NCBI GenBank assembly: GCA_031409655.1
Contig: JANNXQ010000108.1
Span: forward strand, 1 to 26,717
Length of the DNA stretch: 26,717 bases
DNA from: Chthoniobacteraceae bacterium
Lineage (GTDB): Bacteria > Verrucomicrobiota > Verrucomicrobiia > Chthoniobacterales > Chthoniobacteraceae
Reading direction: 5' to 3'
In this document: piece after piece, positions 16,508-24,748 of the stretch
How the letters are laid out: each line of letters starts with the position of its first letter
How positions within the stretch are numbered: the first letter of the stretch is position 1
The notes under the pieces: model-generated
The model's database searches: none
What the model was told of the DNA's origin: nothing
Seen by the model: the letters and a program-made list of their open reading frames with translations, nothing else
Program-made: the position numbers and the translations under genes

Positions 16508-17731
16508 ATGAAACTCCGCAACCAACTCCTCGCGCTCTTCTGCCTGGTGATCTTTGCGGTCTTTGGCTGGCTCTACGTCCGCACCTGGGTCGTGCAAAAG
16601 CCGTTTGGGATCATCCTTTTCGTCTCCGACAGCATGGTCGCGCGGCACCTCACGGCGGCGCGGCTTTATGAAGGTGGGGCCGCGCATCGGCTGACTATCG
16701 AGGCGCTGCCCAATCTGGCGCTCGTGCGGAATTCGGCGAATGACTTCGCGGTGCCCGACGCCGCGGCAGCCAGCACCGCCATCGCCACGGGACAGAAGGC
16801 GAATCATCGCGCCCTCGGCATGGATCCTCAGGGGCGCAGCGTGCCGACCCTGCTGGAACTCGCTCACCGCAAAGGTCGCGCCACCGGCCTCGTGAGCAAT
16901 GGTCCGCTCGCCGGCCCTTCCGCCGCGGCCTTCTATGCGCATCATCCCGATGCGCGCGAGACGGCGACGCTGGCAAAACTGCTGACCAGTCTCACCGACC
17001 TCGATGTGGTGCTCGGCGGCGGCGGTGCAGATTTTCTCCCCGCGGGAAAAGACGGCCAGCGCGCCGATGGCCGCGATCTGCTCGCGGAACTCCGGCGCAC
17101 CGGACGGCAGATCGTGGGCACCCGCGCCGAACTCGAGGACGCCTCCGCGTCCGGCGAGCAGGGCATCCTCGGCGTCTTCAGCCCGGGCCCGCTGGGCTTC
17201 AGCAATGAAACGGCCTCCGGCACCACTCAGCCAACCCTCGCCGACATGGTCCGGCGCGCGATCGAGTTTATGCAGACGAGTCGCAGCGGCTACGTGCTCG
17301 TCGTCGATGCCTCCCTGGCGACGATGGCGGCGGAGCGCAATGAAGGGGAACGCCTGATCGCGGAGACCGTGGCCCTCGATCACGCGATCGCGATTGCGCA
17401 AAAATACGCTGGGGAGAAATCGCTGATCATCGCCGTCGGCAAACACTCCACGGGTGGCATGACCCTCAATGGCTATCCGCTCCGGCAGGATCACGGCGTG
17501 GCGCTCATCGGCACGAATGCCTCGGGCCAACCGGCGATCGCCTGGACCACCGGCCCGCATGGACCGCAGCCGCCGGAAGCACCGCAGACGGAGCCCGCGG
17601 CCTTCCACGTCCCCTCCGCCCTGAACTCCGCCGAGGACGTCCTCGCCGCGGGCCGAGGCGATGGCTCGGAAAGACTGCGCGGCTTCATCGACAACACCGC
17701 GATCTTCGAAATCCTCCGCGACGCCCTGTAG
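16508..17731 (+). CDS. Alkaline phosphatase family protein, apparently catalytically degenerate, with an N-terminal membrane anchor
   Basis: Alkaline phosphatase fold landmarks IILFVSDSM, PDAAAASTAIATGQK, TLLELAHRKGRATGLVS, AAFYAH, DVVLGGG, PTLADMVRRAI, AEDV and IDNTAIF. Start MKLRNQLL at 16508. Confidence 0.85.
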   Translation: MKLRNQLLALFCLVIFAVFGWLYVRTWVVQKPFGIILFVSDSMVARHLTAARLYEGGAAHRLTIEALPNLALVRNSANDFAVPDAAAASTAIATGQKANHRALGMDPQGRSVPTLLELAHRKGRATGLVSNGPLAGPSAAAFYAHHPDARETATLAKLLTSLTDLDVVLGGGGADFLPAGKDGQRADGRDLLAELRRTGRQIVGTRAELEDASASGEQGILGVFSPGPLGFSNETASGTTQPTLADMVRRAIEFMQTSRSGYVLVVDASLATMAAERNEGERLIAETVALDHAIAIAQKYAGEKSLIIAVGKHSTGGMTLNGYPLRQDHGVALIGTNASGQPAIAWTTGPHGPQPPEAPQTEPAAFHVPSALNSAEDVLAAGRGDGSERLRGFIDNTAIFEILRDAL

Positions 17732-17733
17732 GT

Positions 17734-17828
17734 AGTAGCGCAGGCTTCCAGCCTGTAAGTGGTCACGCAGGCATCCCTGCCTGCTTTCCACATGTCTTCG
17801 GGGATGCAGGCTGGAAGCCTGCGCTACT
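17734..17828. repeat. GTAG-type REP doublet, family D, between convergent genes
   Basis: AGTAGCGCAGGCTTCCAGCCTG (17734-17755) and its exact reverse complement (17807-17828). A third degenerate unit CACGCAGGCATCCCTGCCTGC lies between them. Confidence 0.9.
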
Positions 17829-18678
17829 CCTTGCCCGCCGCATCGAGGGCCGCGTGATCGATGGTCGTGAGCCGCTTCCGCCGCGCGCCGAGCTGCGGGA
17901 TGCACTGGATGAGCGCCTTCGTGTAAGCGTGCTGCGGATTCGAGAGCACGTCCCGGGTCGCGCCATACTCCACGATCTTTCCGCGGAACATCACCGCCAC
18001 GCGATCGGCGATCCCGCTGATGATGCCGAAGTTGTGCGTGATCAAAATGATCGCCATCTCCAGCCGCTTCTTGAGTTCCTTGAGCTGATCGATGATCTGC
18101 GCCTGGATGGTGACATCGAGCGCCGTCGTCGGCTCATCGGCCACGAGCAGATCGGGCTGACAGGACAACGCCATCGCGATCATCACGCGCTGCTGCATCC
18201 CGCCGCTAAGCTGGTGCGGGTAGTCCGCCATGCGCTGCGCGGGATTTACGATGCCCACGAGATCGAGATACTTCACCACTTCCGCGTCGATGTCCGTGAC
18301 CTCCGGGCGGTGGAGCTGGATGGCTTCCGCGATCTGATTGCGGATCGTGAAGACGGGATTCAGCGACGTGCTCGGTTCCTGGAAGATGTAGGCGATCCTG
18401 TTGCCCCGGATCTGCTGCAACTCGCGCGGCTTCATCTTCAGCACATCGCGCCCATTGAGCAGGATTTCCCCGGAGCGATAAATCGCCGGCGGCTCGGGCA
18501 GGAGCCGCGTGAGCGCCAGCCCGGTCACACTTTTCCCACTGCCGCTCTCGCCCACGATCGCCAGCGTCTCCCCCTTTTGCATCGTGAAAGAGATGCCTTT
18601 CACGGCTTGAGTCGTCCCGGTCTCGCCGGCGAAGTCGATGGCCAGATTGCGGATGTCGAGGAGCAGGGTGTCGGACAT
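17824..18678 (-). CDS. Peptide/nickel ABC transporter ATP-binding protein (OppD/DppD-like)
   Basis: Walker A GESGSGKS, Q-loop IFQEP, signature YPHQLSGGMQQR, Walker B LLVADEPTTALD, H-loop ITHN, C-terminal PQHAYTKAL. Confidence 0.93.
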   Translation of the reverse strand: MSDTLLLDIRNLAIDFAGETGTTQAVKGISFTMQKGETLAIVGESGSGKSVTGLALTRLLPEPPAIYRSGEILLNGRDVLKMKPRELQQIRGNRIAYIFQEPSTSLNPVFTIRNQIAEAIQLHRPEVTDIDAEVVKYLDLVGIVNPAQRMADYPHQLSGGMQQRVMIAMALSCQPDLLVADEPTTALDVTIQAQIIDQLKELKKRLEMAIILITHNFGIISGIADRVAVMFRGKIVEYGATRDVLSNPQHAYTKALIQCIPQLGARRKRLTTIDHAALDAAGKE

Positions 18679-18711
18679 GGCGGTGACGAGTAAGCGGCGC
18701 GAGGTGGAGGG

Positions 18712-21111
18712 TCAACGCTGCTTGCGGCGGCCCGCGGGAGGTCCGCTCCGGCGCGCGCCGCCGCCCGGCCGTTTCCCGCGGCTCTCCGGTTGCGGCCGGC
18801 GCCCGCTCGGCTGGCCGCGCCGCTCCTGCTGAGCAGGGACTTTTGCCTTCTGACTTTTGACTTCTGACTTCTGCTCCCTCCTCACTTCCCCACCAGCCAC
18901 CGGAACGAAATCCACCTGCCGCTTATACGCATCGACGCGCGCGACGATGACCTGGAGCGCATCGCCCGTCTTGTAAGTGCGCCGCGTCTGACGCCCGACG
19001 AAGCTCAGGCGGATGGGGTCGAATTGGAAGAAATCTCCCGGCAGCGCGCTGACGTGGATCAGCCCGGTGAGGAGCACATCGGGCAGCTCGATGAGCAGCC
19101 CGTAGCTGCGCACATCCACGACGATGGCGCGAAATTCCTCCGGCCGTTTCGCATCGAGCTGGCGTTGGAAAAACTCCATCTTCTTCAGCGTCGTCGAGTC
19201 GCGCTCGGCGTCGGCAGAGGTGCGCTCCGTCTTGGAAATGTGCTCCGCGATTTCGCCCAGACCCGAGGTGGACGCCGCGCGGTGCGAGCGCTTCCGATTT
19301 TCCTCACCGGTGTGCGCCGCTCGTCCGCCGAGGCCCTCGATCGCCGCGAGCGAACGATGCACCACGAGATCCGCGTAACGCCGGATGGGGCTCGTGAAGT
19401 GCGTGTAATTCACCTTTGCGAGACCGTAGTGGCCGAGCGGCAGCGTGCCATAGACGGCGCGCTTCAGACTCTTCAGCAGTTGCAGCCGCACCGCATATTC
19501 CTCCGGCGTGCCTTTGGTGGATGCGAGGAGCTTCTGCACTTCGCTGCGCTTCGTGAGGTCGCCCGCCTTGAAGCCATAAGTCGCCGCGAATTCGCGGAAG
19601 CCGAGGAGCCGATCCGGGTCCGGATCTTCGTGCACGCGATAGATCACCGGCACGTTGCTGTTCTTGAGTTCGCGCGCCACCACCTCATTCGCCGCGAGCA
19701 TGCACTCCTCGATGAGCTGATGCGAAATGTCGTTCTCCACGCGCTCCAGTCGCGCCGCGCGCCCCTGGTCGTCCAGCCACACTTTCACCTCGGGGAAGTC
19801 GAGATCGAGCGAGCCGGCGGCGAACCGATTGCGCCGCAGCAGCGAGGCCAGCTCCCACGCGACGCGCACGCGCTCGCGCAGCTCGGGCGTGACATTCAGC
19901 GGCACCGGCGCGGCATCGAGATGCACCTTGCCGCCGCGCTCGTAGTTCGGCGTCGGCGGCACCGGCTTGTCCTCGAGAATCGCGAATGCCTGCCGGTAAG
20001 TCATCCGCGCGGCGCTGCGAATCACCGTGCGCGCAAAACGCGCGCTGCGGACTTTTCCGTGCGCATCGAAGTCGATGAAGGCGGAGAAAGTGAGCCGGTC
20101 CACGCCGCCCTTGAGCGAGCAGATGCCATTGCTCAAACGCTCGGGCAGCATCGGCACCACGCGGTCCGCGAGATACGTGGAGTTCCCGCGTTTGCGGGCT
20201 TCCGCGTCGAGCGCCGAGCCCGGCTGCACATAGTGCGAGACATCCGCGATATGCACACCGAGCCGCCAGCCAGTGCCGAGGCGCTCCACATGGATGGCGT
20301 CGTCGAAATCCTTGGCGTCATCGGGATCGATGGTCACCACCGGCATGTGCCGGAGGTCTTCGCGACGCGCGATTTCCTCGGGCGAAACCGTCTCGGAGAT
20401 GGCCTCCGCTTCCCGGTGTACCTCCGGCGGGAATTCCTCCGCAAGCTGGTACTTCCGGATGATCGAAAGCATGTCGATGCCTGGCGCATGCGCCGGCCCG
20501 AGCACTTCGGTGATGCGGCCCTCGGGATTCGTTTGCCGCGACTCCCAGGTCTCCAGTTTCACCACCACCTTGTCGCCGATGTGCGCCGCTTCGGGCTGCA
20601 CATAGACGTCGTGCTGCAGCCGCGGATCGTCCGGGATGACGTAGAAGAAACCCTGCTTCGAGCGCTGGAGCGTGCCGACCACCGTTGCATTCACGCGCTC
20701 GAGGATGCGGATCACGCGGCCCTCCAGCTTGTCGCCGGTGCGCGGCTGCGCGCGGCCTTCGTGCATCAGGCGGGCCACCACTTTGTCGCCATTCATCGCC
20801 GTGCCCATGTTCGGCTCGCCGATGAAAATGTCGGGCTGTCCCTTCTTCTCGTTGATCAGGTGGGCATTACCATTCAGGTGAACCTGGAGCGTCCCGGTGA
20901 TCAGGTCCGCAGTCTCCGGCAGGACGTAGCGGTCCTTGCGGATGCGGGCGATTTCTCCGTCCTGTTCGAGATCGCGCAGCACATCGCGCAGCTCCGCCCG
21001 CTTGTCGCTCGGCCAGCGCAGCGCCTTGGACATTTCCACTTTGTCCAGCGGCCGATAGTTCGGGGCGCGGAGGAGTTGCAGGACGCGGTCGCGGAGCGGA
21101 TGGGATTTCAC
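18712..21111 (-). CDS. rnr: Ribonuclease R
   Basis: N-terminal HTH and cold-shock domains, RNB motifs TIDPDDAKDFDDA, HIADVSHYV, LIEECMLAANE and HFTSPIRRYADL, S1 domain, basic tail. Start moved to GTG 21111 (VKSHPLRDRV), preceded by TAGCAC-N7; the longer ORF reads through a repeat. Confidence 0.95.
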   Translation of the reverse strand: MKSHPLRDRVLQLLRAPNYRPLDKVEMSKALRWPSDKRAELRDVLRDLEQDGEIARIRKDRYVLPETADLITGTLQVHLNGNAHLINEKKGQPDIFIGEPNMGTAMNGDKVVARLMHEGRAQPRTGDKLEGRVIRILERVNATVVGTLQRSKQGFFYVIPDDPRLQHDVYVQPEAAHIGDKVVVKLETWESRQTNPEGRITEVLGPAHAPGIDMLSIIRKYQLAEEFPPEVHREAEAISETVSPEEIARREDLRHMPVVTIDPDDAKDFDDAIHVERLGTGWRLGVHIADVSHYVQPGSALDAEARKRGNSTYLADRVVPMLPERLSNGICSLKGGVDRLTFSAFIDFDAHGKVRSARFARTVIRSAARMTYRQAFAILEDKPVPPTPNYERGGKVHLDAAPVPLNVTPELRERVRVAWELASLLRRNRFAAGSLDLDFPEVKVWLDDQGRAARLERVENDISHQLIEECMLAANEVVARELKNSNVPVIYRVHEDPDPDRLLGFREFAATYGFKAGDLTKRSEVQKLLASTKGTPEEYAVRLQLLKSLKRAVYGTLPLGHYGLAKVNYTHFTSPIRRYADLVVHRSLAAIEGLGGRAAHTGEENRKRSHRAASTSGLGEIAEHISKTERTSADAERDSTTLKKMEFFQRQLDAKRPEEFRAIVVDVRSYGLLIELPDVLLTGLIHVSALPGDFFQFDPIRLSFVGRQTRRTYKTGDALQVIVARVDAYKRQVDFVPVAGGEVRREQKSEVKSQKAKVPAQQERRGQPSGRRPQPESRGKRPGGGARRSGPPAGRRKQR
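18839..18873. repeat. Five 7-bp tandem units (ACTTYTG) inside the RNase R C-terminal tail
   Basis: ACTTTTG CCTTCTG ACTTTTG ACTTCTG ACTTCTG, translating as QKSEVKSQKAKV. Confidence 0.8.
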
Positions 21112-21159
21112 ACGAGCAGTGCTACACGTTTGGACGTTGCGGTGGAAACGATGATTGAG

Positions 21160-21297
21160 TTTTGAAAACGCGGAGATGCAGAGACGCAGAGAACGCAGAG
21201 GAAACGAAAGCGGGGGACGGGCCATTCCCTGTTCGGTGAAAGAGGATGGATTCTTCTCCGCGTCCTCTGCGCCTCTGCACCCTCTGCGTTTTCAAAA
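21160..21297. repeat. CGCAGAG/CTCTGCG inverted-array element, same family as the outer layer at 6292-6582, without an insert
   Basis: TTTTGAAAACGCGGAGATGCAGAGACGCAGAGAACGCAGAGG ... CTCCGCGTCCTCTGCGCCTCTGCACCCTCTGCGTTTTCAAAA. Confidence 0.88.
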
Positions 21298-21321
21298 TGC
21301 CCCTCTCCGGCTGGGACGCGG

Positions 21322-22635
21322 CTACGGTCGCGCGAAGGCCGGCAGCGCTTTCAGCTCCAGCCCGCGAAGCGCCAGCCCCGTCCCTTCGCCCACGATCCCG
21401 AAATACCCGCGCGGCACGATCTGCCACGGCTTCGAGCCCACCCGCATGTAGGCGGCGGGCACCACGGCGCTGAGCTCCGCGTCGAGCACCAGATATCCGT
21501 TCAGATCCACGCGCACCGTCGAGCCGCGCACCGTCACCTCTTGAAAATTCCACTCCCCCATCGGCCTCTGATAGTCCCGCAGCGCCGGCACCAGCCCATA
21601 CGCCGAGCCATGCCGCTGCCGCGCATCGATCGGCCCGCGCGTCTTCTCAAAGTGCTCATCGAGCAGCGGAATCTTGCAGAGCCCCAGGGTCGCTGGATCG
21701 CCCTGCCCCGGGTAGCGCAGCGCGAGACCGGCACTCCCGCCGGGCACCGTGCGAAACAGCATGCGCACCGCGAAGTCACTCAGCTCTTCCTTGAAATACA
21801 TGGTCCCGGATTGCCCCGCCCGCGTCCGAATCGCGCCATCGACAACTTCAAAGGCACCCGTCACTCCCGCCCAGCCCGTCGCGTCGCGGCCATTCCAGAG
21901 CGACTTCCAGCCTGTGCCGCGGCCGTTCGCGGCGAGGATGGAGTTCGCCTCGGCCCCGCCGATCTCGCGGATGAAAAGATTGCGCCAGCGCATTTCGCCA
22001 CCATGGGTCTGGAGCTGGATCGGCCCCTGCGAGGGCACCGGAAGTTTGGGATCAAAGAAATTCTCAAGGATCGCGTGATCGACCACGAGCGTGCCATTGA
22101 GCCACACGCTGACGTGGCTCCCGACCATCCGGACTCCGAGTTTATTCCACTCGCCCGCCGGTTTATCCGCACGCACCAGCGGATCGCGCCCCGGCGTGCC
22201 CGGCTTGTTGTTCCAGAGCCCGCCGGAGCCTTTCGCCGCGCCCTGCGCTGCGAGCAACCGCTCCTCCGGATCCCAGAGCTGCACCTGCGGCACCCCGCGC
22301 AGATAGAGCCCGGAATCGCCCCGCGGCTCGATCTTGTACTCGGCGAAAAACTCCAGATCGCCGTAGTCCCGCTCCGTGGTCAGAAAACGCCCCACGCCAT
22401 TGCTCACCAGTTCGCCATTCTCGACGCGCCAATGGAGACTGAGTTCGATCGACCATTTCTCGATTTGCCTCGCGCGGAAAACCGGATTCATCGCGAGCAA
22501 GGTGCGATGATCGAAAGTATCGCCCCCGCGCCAGCCGGTCAGATCGCGCCCATTGAAGATCGTGGTGAATCCCGGCGGCGCCTCTGCCGCCAGCGCGCTC
22601 ATCCCGAGCACCAGAAAGACAACGAGCACGCCCAT
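21322..22635 (-). CDS. Tandem DUF1080 (3-keto-disaccharide hydrolase-like) protein; paralogue of 22787-24163
   Basis: IFNGRDLTGW, WRVENG, GDSGLYLRG, PQVQLWD, GEWN, GPIQLQTHGGEMRWRN, plus a second domain starting WNGRDATGW. The start is uncertain (22635, or 22761 inside the 7-bp repeat). Confidence 0.85.
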   Translation of the reverse strand: MGVLVVFLVLGMSALAAEAPPGFTTIFNGRDLTGWRGGDTFDHRTLLAMNPVFRARQIEKWSIELSLHWRVENGELVSNGVGRFLTTERDYGDLEFFAEYKIEPRGDSGLYLRGVPQVQLWDPEERLLAAQGAAKGSGGLWNNKPGTPGRDPLVRADKPAGEWNKLGVRMVGSHVSVWLNGTLVVDHAILENFFDPKLPVPSQGPIQLQTHGGEMRWRNLFIREIGGAEANSILAANGRGTGWKSLWNGRDATGWAGVTGAFEVVDGAIRTRAGQSGTMYFKEELSDFAVRMLFRTVPGGSAGLALRYPGQGDPATLGLCKIPLLDEHFEKTRGPIDARQRHGSAYGLVPALRDYQRPMGEWNFQEVTVRGSTVRVDLNGYLVLDAELSAVVPAAYMRVGSKPWQIVPRGYFGIVGEGTGLALRGLELKALPAFARP

Positions 22636-22646
22636 TGCAAGACGCA

Positions 22647-22768
22647 GCGTTCGATGTTCGAGGTTCGATGTTCGATGTTCGATGTTCAAAGTTCGGGCGC
22701 CCCCCGACACCCAGGCGCTCAGGCAAAGAACATCGAACACCGAACCTCGAACGTCGAACATCGAACGC
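22647..22768. repeat. Inverted 7-bp tandem arrays (TGTTCGA)n...(TCGAACA)n, copy 2
   Basis: Same unit and architecture as 12440-12536, with a different loop. Lies between the two DUF1080 genes. Confidence 0.9.
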
Positions 22769-22786
22769 GCCCCACCGCCGCCGCCC

Positions 22787-24163
22787 CTACAGCTTCTTCA
22801 GCCGCACCGCCCGGAAGGCCACCGGATCATTGTGCCCCGCGAAGCCAAAAAACCCGCTCGGGCGATCCTTCCCGGGATGCTCGGACGCTTTCCCTTTCCC
22901 TCCCATCACCGTGCTCATGTCCAGTTTACTCAGGTCCGTATCGAGGATCACCGTGCCGTTCAACTCCACCTTGATCGTCGAGCCTTTGACCGTCACTTCC
23001 TGAAAATTCCACTCGCCGGTCGGATGCTGATAGCCGCGCGCCGCCGCCACCAGCCCATACGCCGAGCCATGCGCCTGCCGCGGATCGATCGGTCCCCTCA
23101 CCTTTTCGTAATTGTCGTCCAGCACCTGCAGCTCCGTCATGCCCACGTAGGCCGTATTGCCCACCAGCGGACAGCGGATCGCCAGCCCATTGTTCCCGCC
23201 CGGCGGCACCTTGAATTCCACCCGCGCCACGAAATCCCCGTATTCCTCCTTGGTCAGCAGATTGCCACCCTTGCCTGCTTTGCAGAGCACCGCCCCGTCC
23301 ACCACTTCGTAATTCTCCACCGCGCCCTGCCAGCCCTCGAGATCCTTGCCGTTGAAGACCGATTGGAAGCCCGCGTCTTCCCCATGCCCCGCGAGGATGC
23401 GGTTCGCCTCCTCACTCCCGATCTCGCGGACGAAAACATTCCGCCAGCGGATTTCGCTGCCATGGGTCTGAAGCTGGATCGGCCCGCGCGGCAGGATCGG
23501 CAGCCGCGCCTCCGCCGGCTTCTTTTTGTCGAAGTAGTTTTCCAAGACCACATGATCCACCACCATCTGTTCGTTCAGCCACACCGTCACGCGGCTCCCG
23601 ACCATCAGGATGCGGAACTTATTCCACTCGCCAAATGGCTTGTCCGCCTTCACCAGCGGATCGCGGCCCGGCGTGCCTTCCGCATTATTCCAAAGCCCGC
23701 CGGAACCTTTCGGCTTCCCGAGCTTCACCGCCTTTTCGTCTGACTCGGTGGAATCCCAAATCTGCACCTGCGGCACCCCGCGCAGATAGATCCCGCTATC
23801 GCCCAGCGGCAGCGCCTTGTACTCCACCAGCAGTTCCACGTCCCCGTAGTTCTTATCCGTAGTAAGGTAGAGCCCCTGGCCGTCATTCACGATCTCGCCG
23901 CCCTCCACCTTCCAGTGCGCATTGATGTTCTCCGGCCCCTTCTTCCCCACTACCCCGCCACCTTCGATGGACTGCTTCTGATACTCCGCGAGTTGCTCCG
24001 GTGTCACCGCCAGCAACTCCCGCGGATCCCGCGTCCCCCAGCCAAACCAACCGCTCAGGTCTTTGCCATTAAAGAGCGGAGTAAAACCGACCGGCGGCTG
24101 ATTCTGCGCAAAGGTGGAAGGGAGCGTCGCGAAGAGCGCGAGGAGAGCGAGGGGGAATTTCAT
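22787..24163 (-). CDS. Secreted tandem DUF1080 (3-keto-disaccharide hydrolase-like) protein
   Basis: Signal peptide; LFNGKDLSGW, GDSGIYLRG, GEWN, GPIQLQTHG; second domain FNGKDLEGW, GGNNGL, ELQVLDD, GEWN, GFAGHNDPVAFR. Confidence 0.9.
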   Translation of the reverse strand: MKFPLALLALFATLPSTFAQNQPPVGFTPLFNGKDLSGWFGWGTRDPRELLAVTPEQLAEYQKQSIEGGGVVGKKGPENINAHWKVEGGEIVNDGQGLYLTTDKNYGDVELLVEYKALPLGDSGIYLRGVPQVQIWDSTESDEKAVKLGKPKGSGGLWNNAEGTPGRDPLVKADKPFGEWNKFRILMVGSRVTVWLNEQMVVDHVVLENYFDKKKPAEARLPILPRGPIQLQTHGSEIRWRNVFVREIGSEEANRILAGHGEDAGFQSVFNGKDLEGWQGAVENYEVVDGAVLCKAGKGGNLLTKEEYGDFVARVEFKVPPGGNNGLAIRCPLVGNTAYVGMTELQVLDDNYEKVRGPIDPRQAHGSAYGLVAAARGYQHPTGEWNFQEVTVKGSTIKVELNGTVILDTDLSKLDMSTVMGGKGKASEHPGKDRPSGFFGFAGHNDPVAFRAVRLKKL

Positions 24164-24172
24164 GATCGAGCG

Positions 24173-24201
24173 GTGTTACGGGGTTTCGGTAAAGCGGTCA
24201 A
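24173..24201 (-). promoter_or_regulatory. Sigma70-type promoter for the DUF1080 pair
   Basis: Minus strand TTGACC (24201-24196), 17 bp, TAACAC (24178-24173), then 9 nt to ATG 24163. Confidence 0.55.
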
Positions 24202-24254
24202 TCGGCGCGACGCTGAAAGCTTAGCCAGCCTCCTCTCGCGCCCATGCTGCACCC

Positions 24255-24437
24255 TTGCTCCGCACCGGCTACACGGCTAATCTCGCTCGCGTTACAGACA
24301 TGCTGGAGTTGCTCGCCGCCGGCGCGGCGCACGAAGAAATCCTGCGCGACTATTCTTTTCTTGAACCGGCCGACATCGAGGCCGCACTGCTTTACGCCGC
24401 TCGTCAGACCGACCACGCCGTACTTGCTGCTGCGTGA
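24255..24437 (+). pseudogene. DUF433 family antitoxin, 5'-truncated
   Basis: RVTDMLELLAAGAAHEEILRDYSFLEPADIEAALLYAA is the C-terminal half of DUF433. The usual N-terminal RITIDP..GKPCIRG segment is not present in frame. Confidence 0.78.
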
Positions 24438-24601
24438 AGTTCCTCATGGACAACCAACTCCCAGCGGCGCTCGCCCGTTGGCTCGCGGCGCGGTCGGAGG
24501 CCGCTCGCCCGGCACGCCGCCGGACGAGCTTTCTCCGAGAGACAGGCTGCCGCCCGGCTTCCGGAAAGGGCAGGAGGTTTTCAATGTCCACCGCGCGATG
24601 A
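24434..24601 (+). pseudogene. DUF5615 family PIN-like toxin, 3'-truncated
   Basis: GTG overlaps the DUF433 stop (GTGA). My translation MKFLMDNQLPAALARWLAAR matches the DUF5615 N-terminus, then becomes unrelated and stops at 24601. Not in the ORF track. Confidence 0.72.
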
Positions 24602-24748
24602 GCGAGTCCCAAGGCATGAGAAGCGAACCATTCTGCAAGTCTGCACGGACCCTACCCCTGCTCCGTCGCGTCCTTTGAAAGAGAGACGGCCACGCGCCAG
24701 CCGGCTCCGTGAGCCCCGGCTAGGAAGTAGGCCGGGGCGAAACGCTTC

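Noticed and set aside
19024..21165. Long plus-strand ORFs such as 19024-21165, 10881-12518, 14864-16345 and 21541-22974, and minus-strand 16406-17905 and 24830-26035
   Set aside because: Antisense shadows of well-supported genes in high-GC DNA, with no recognisable motifs.
21112..21225. N-terminal extension of RNase R (MARPPLSFPLRSLRLC...)
   Set aside because: It derives from the CGCAGAG repeat. GTG 21111 has a -10-like element at leaderless spacing.
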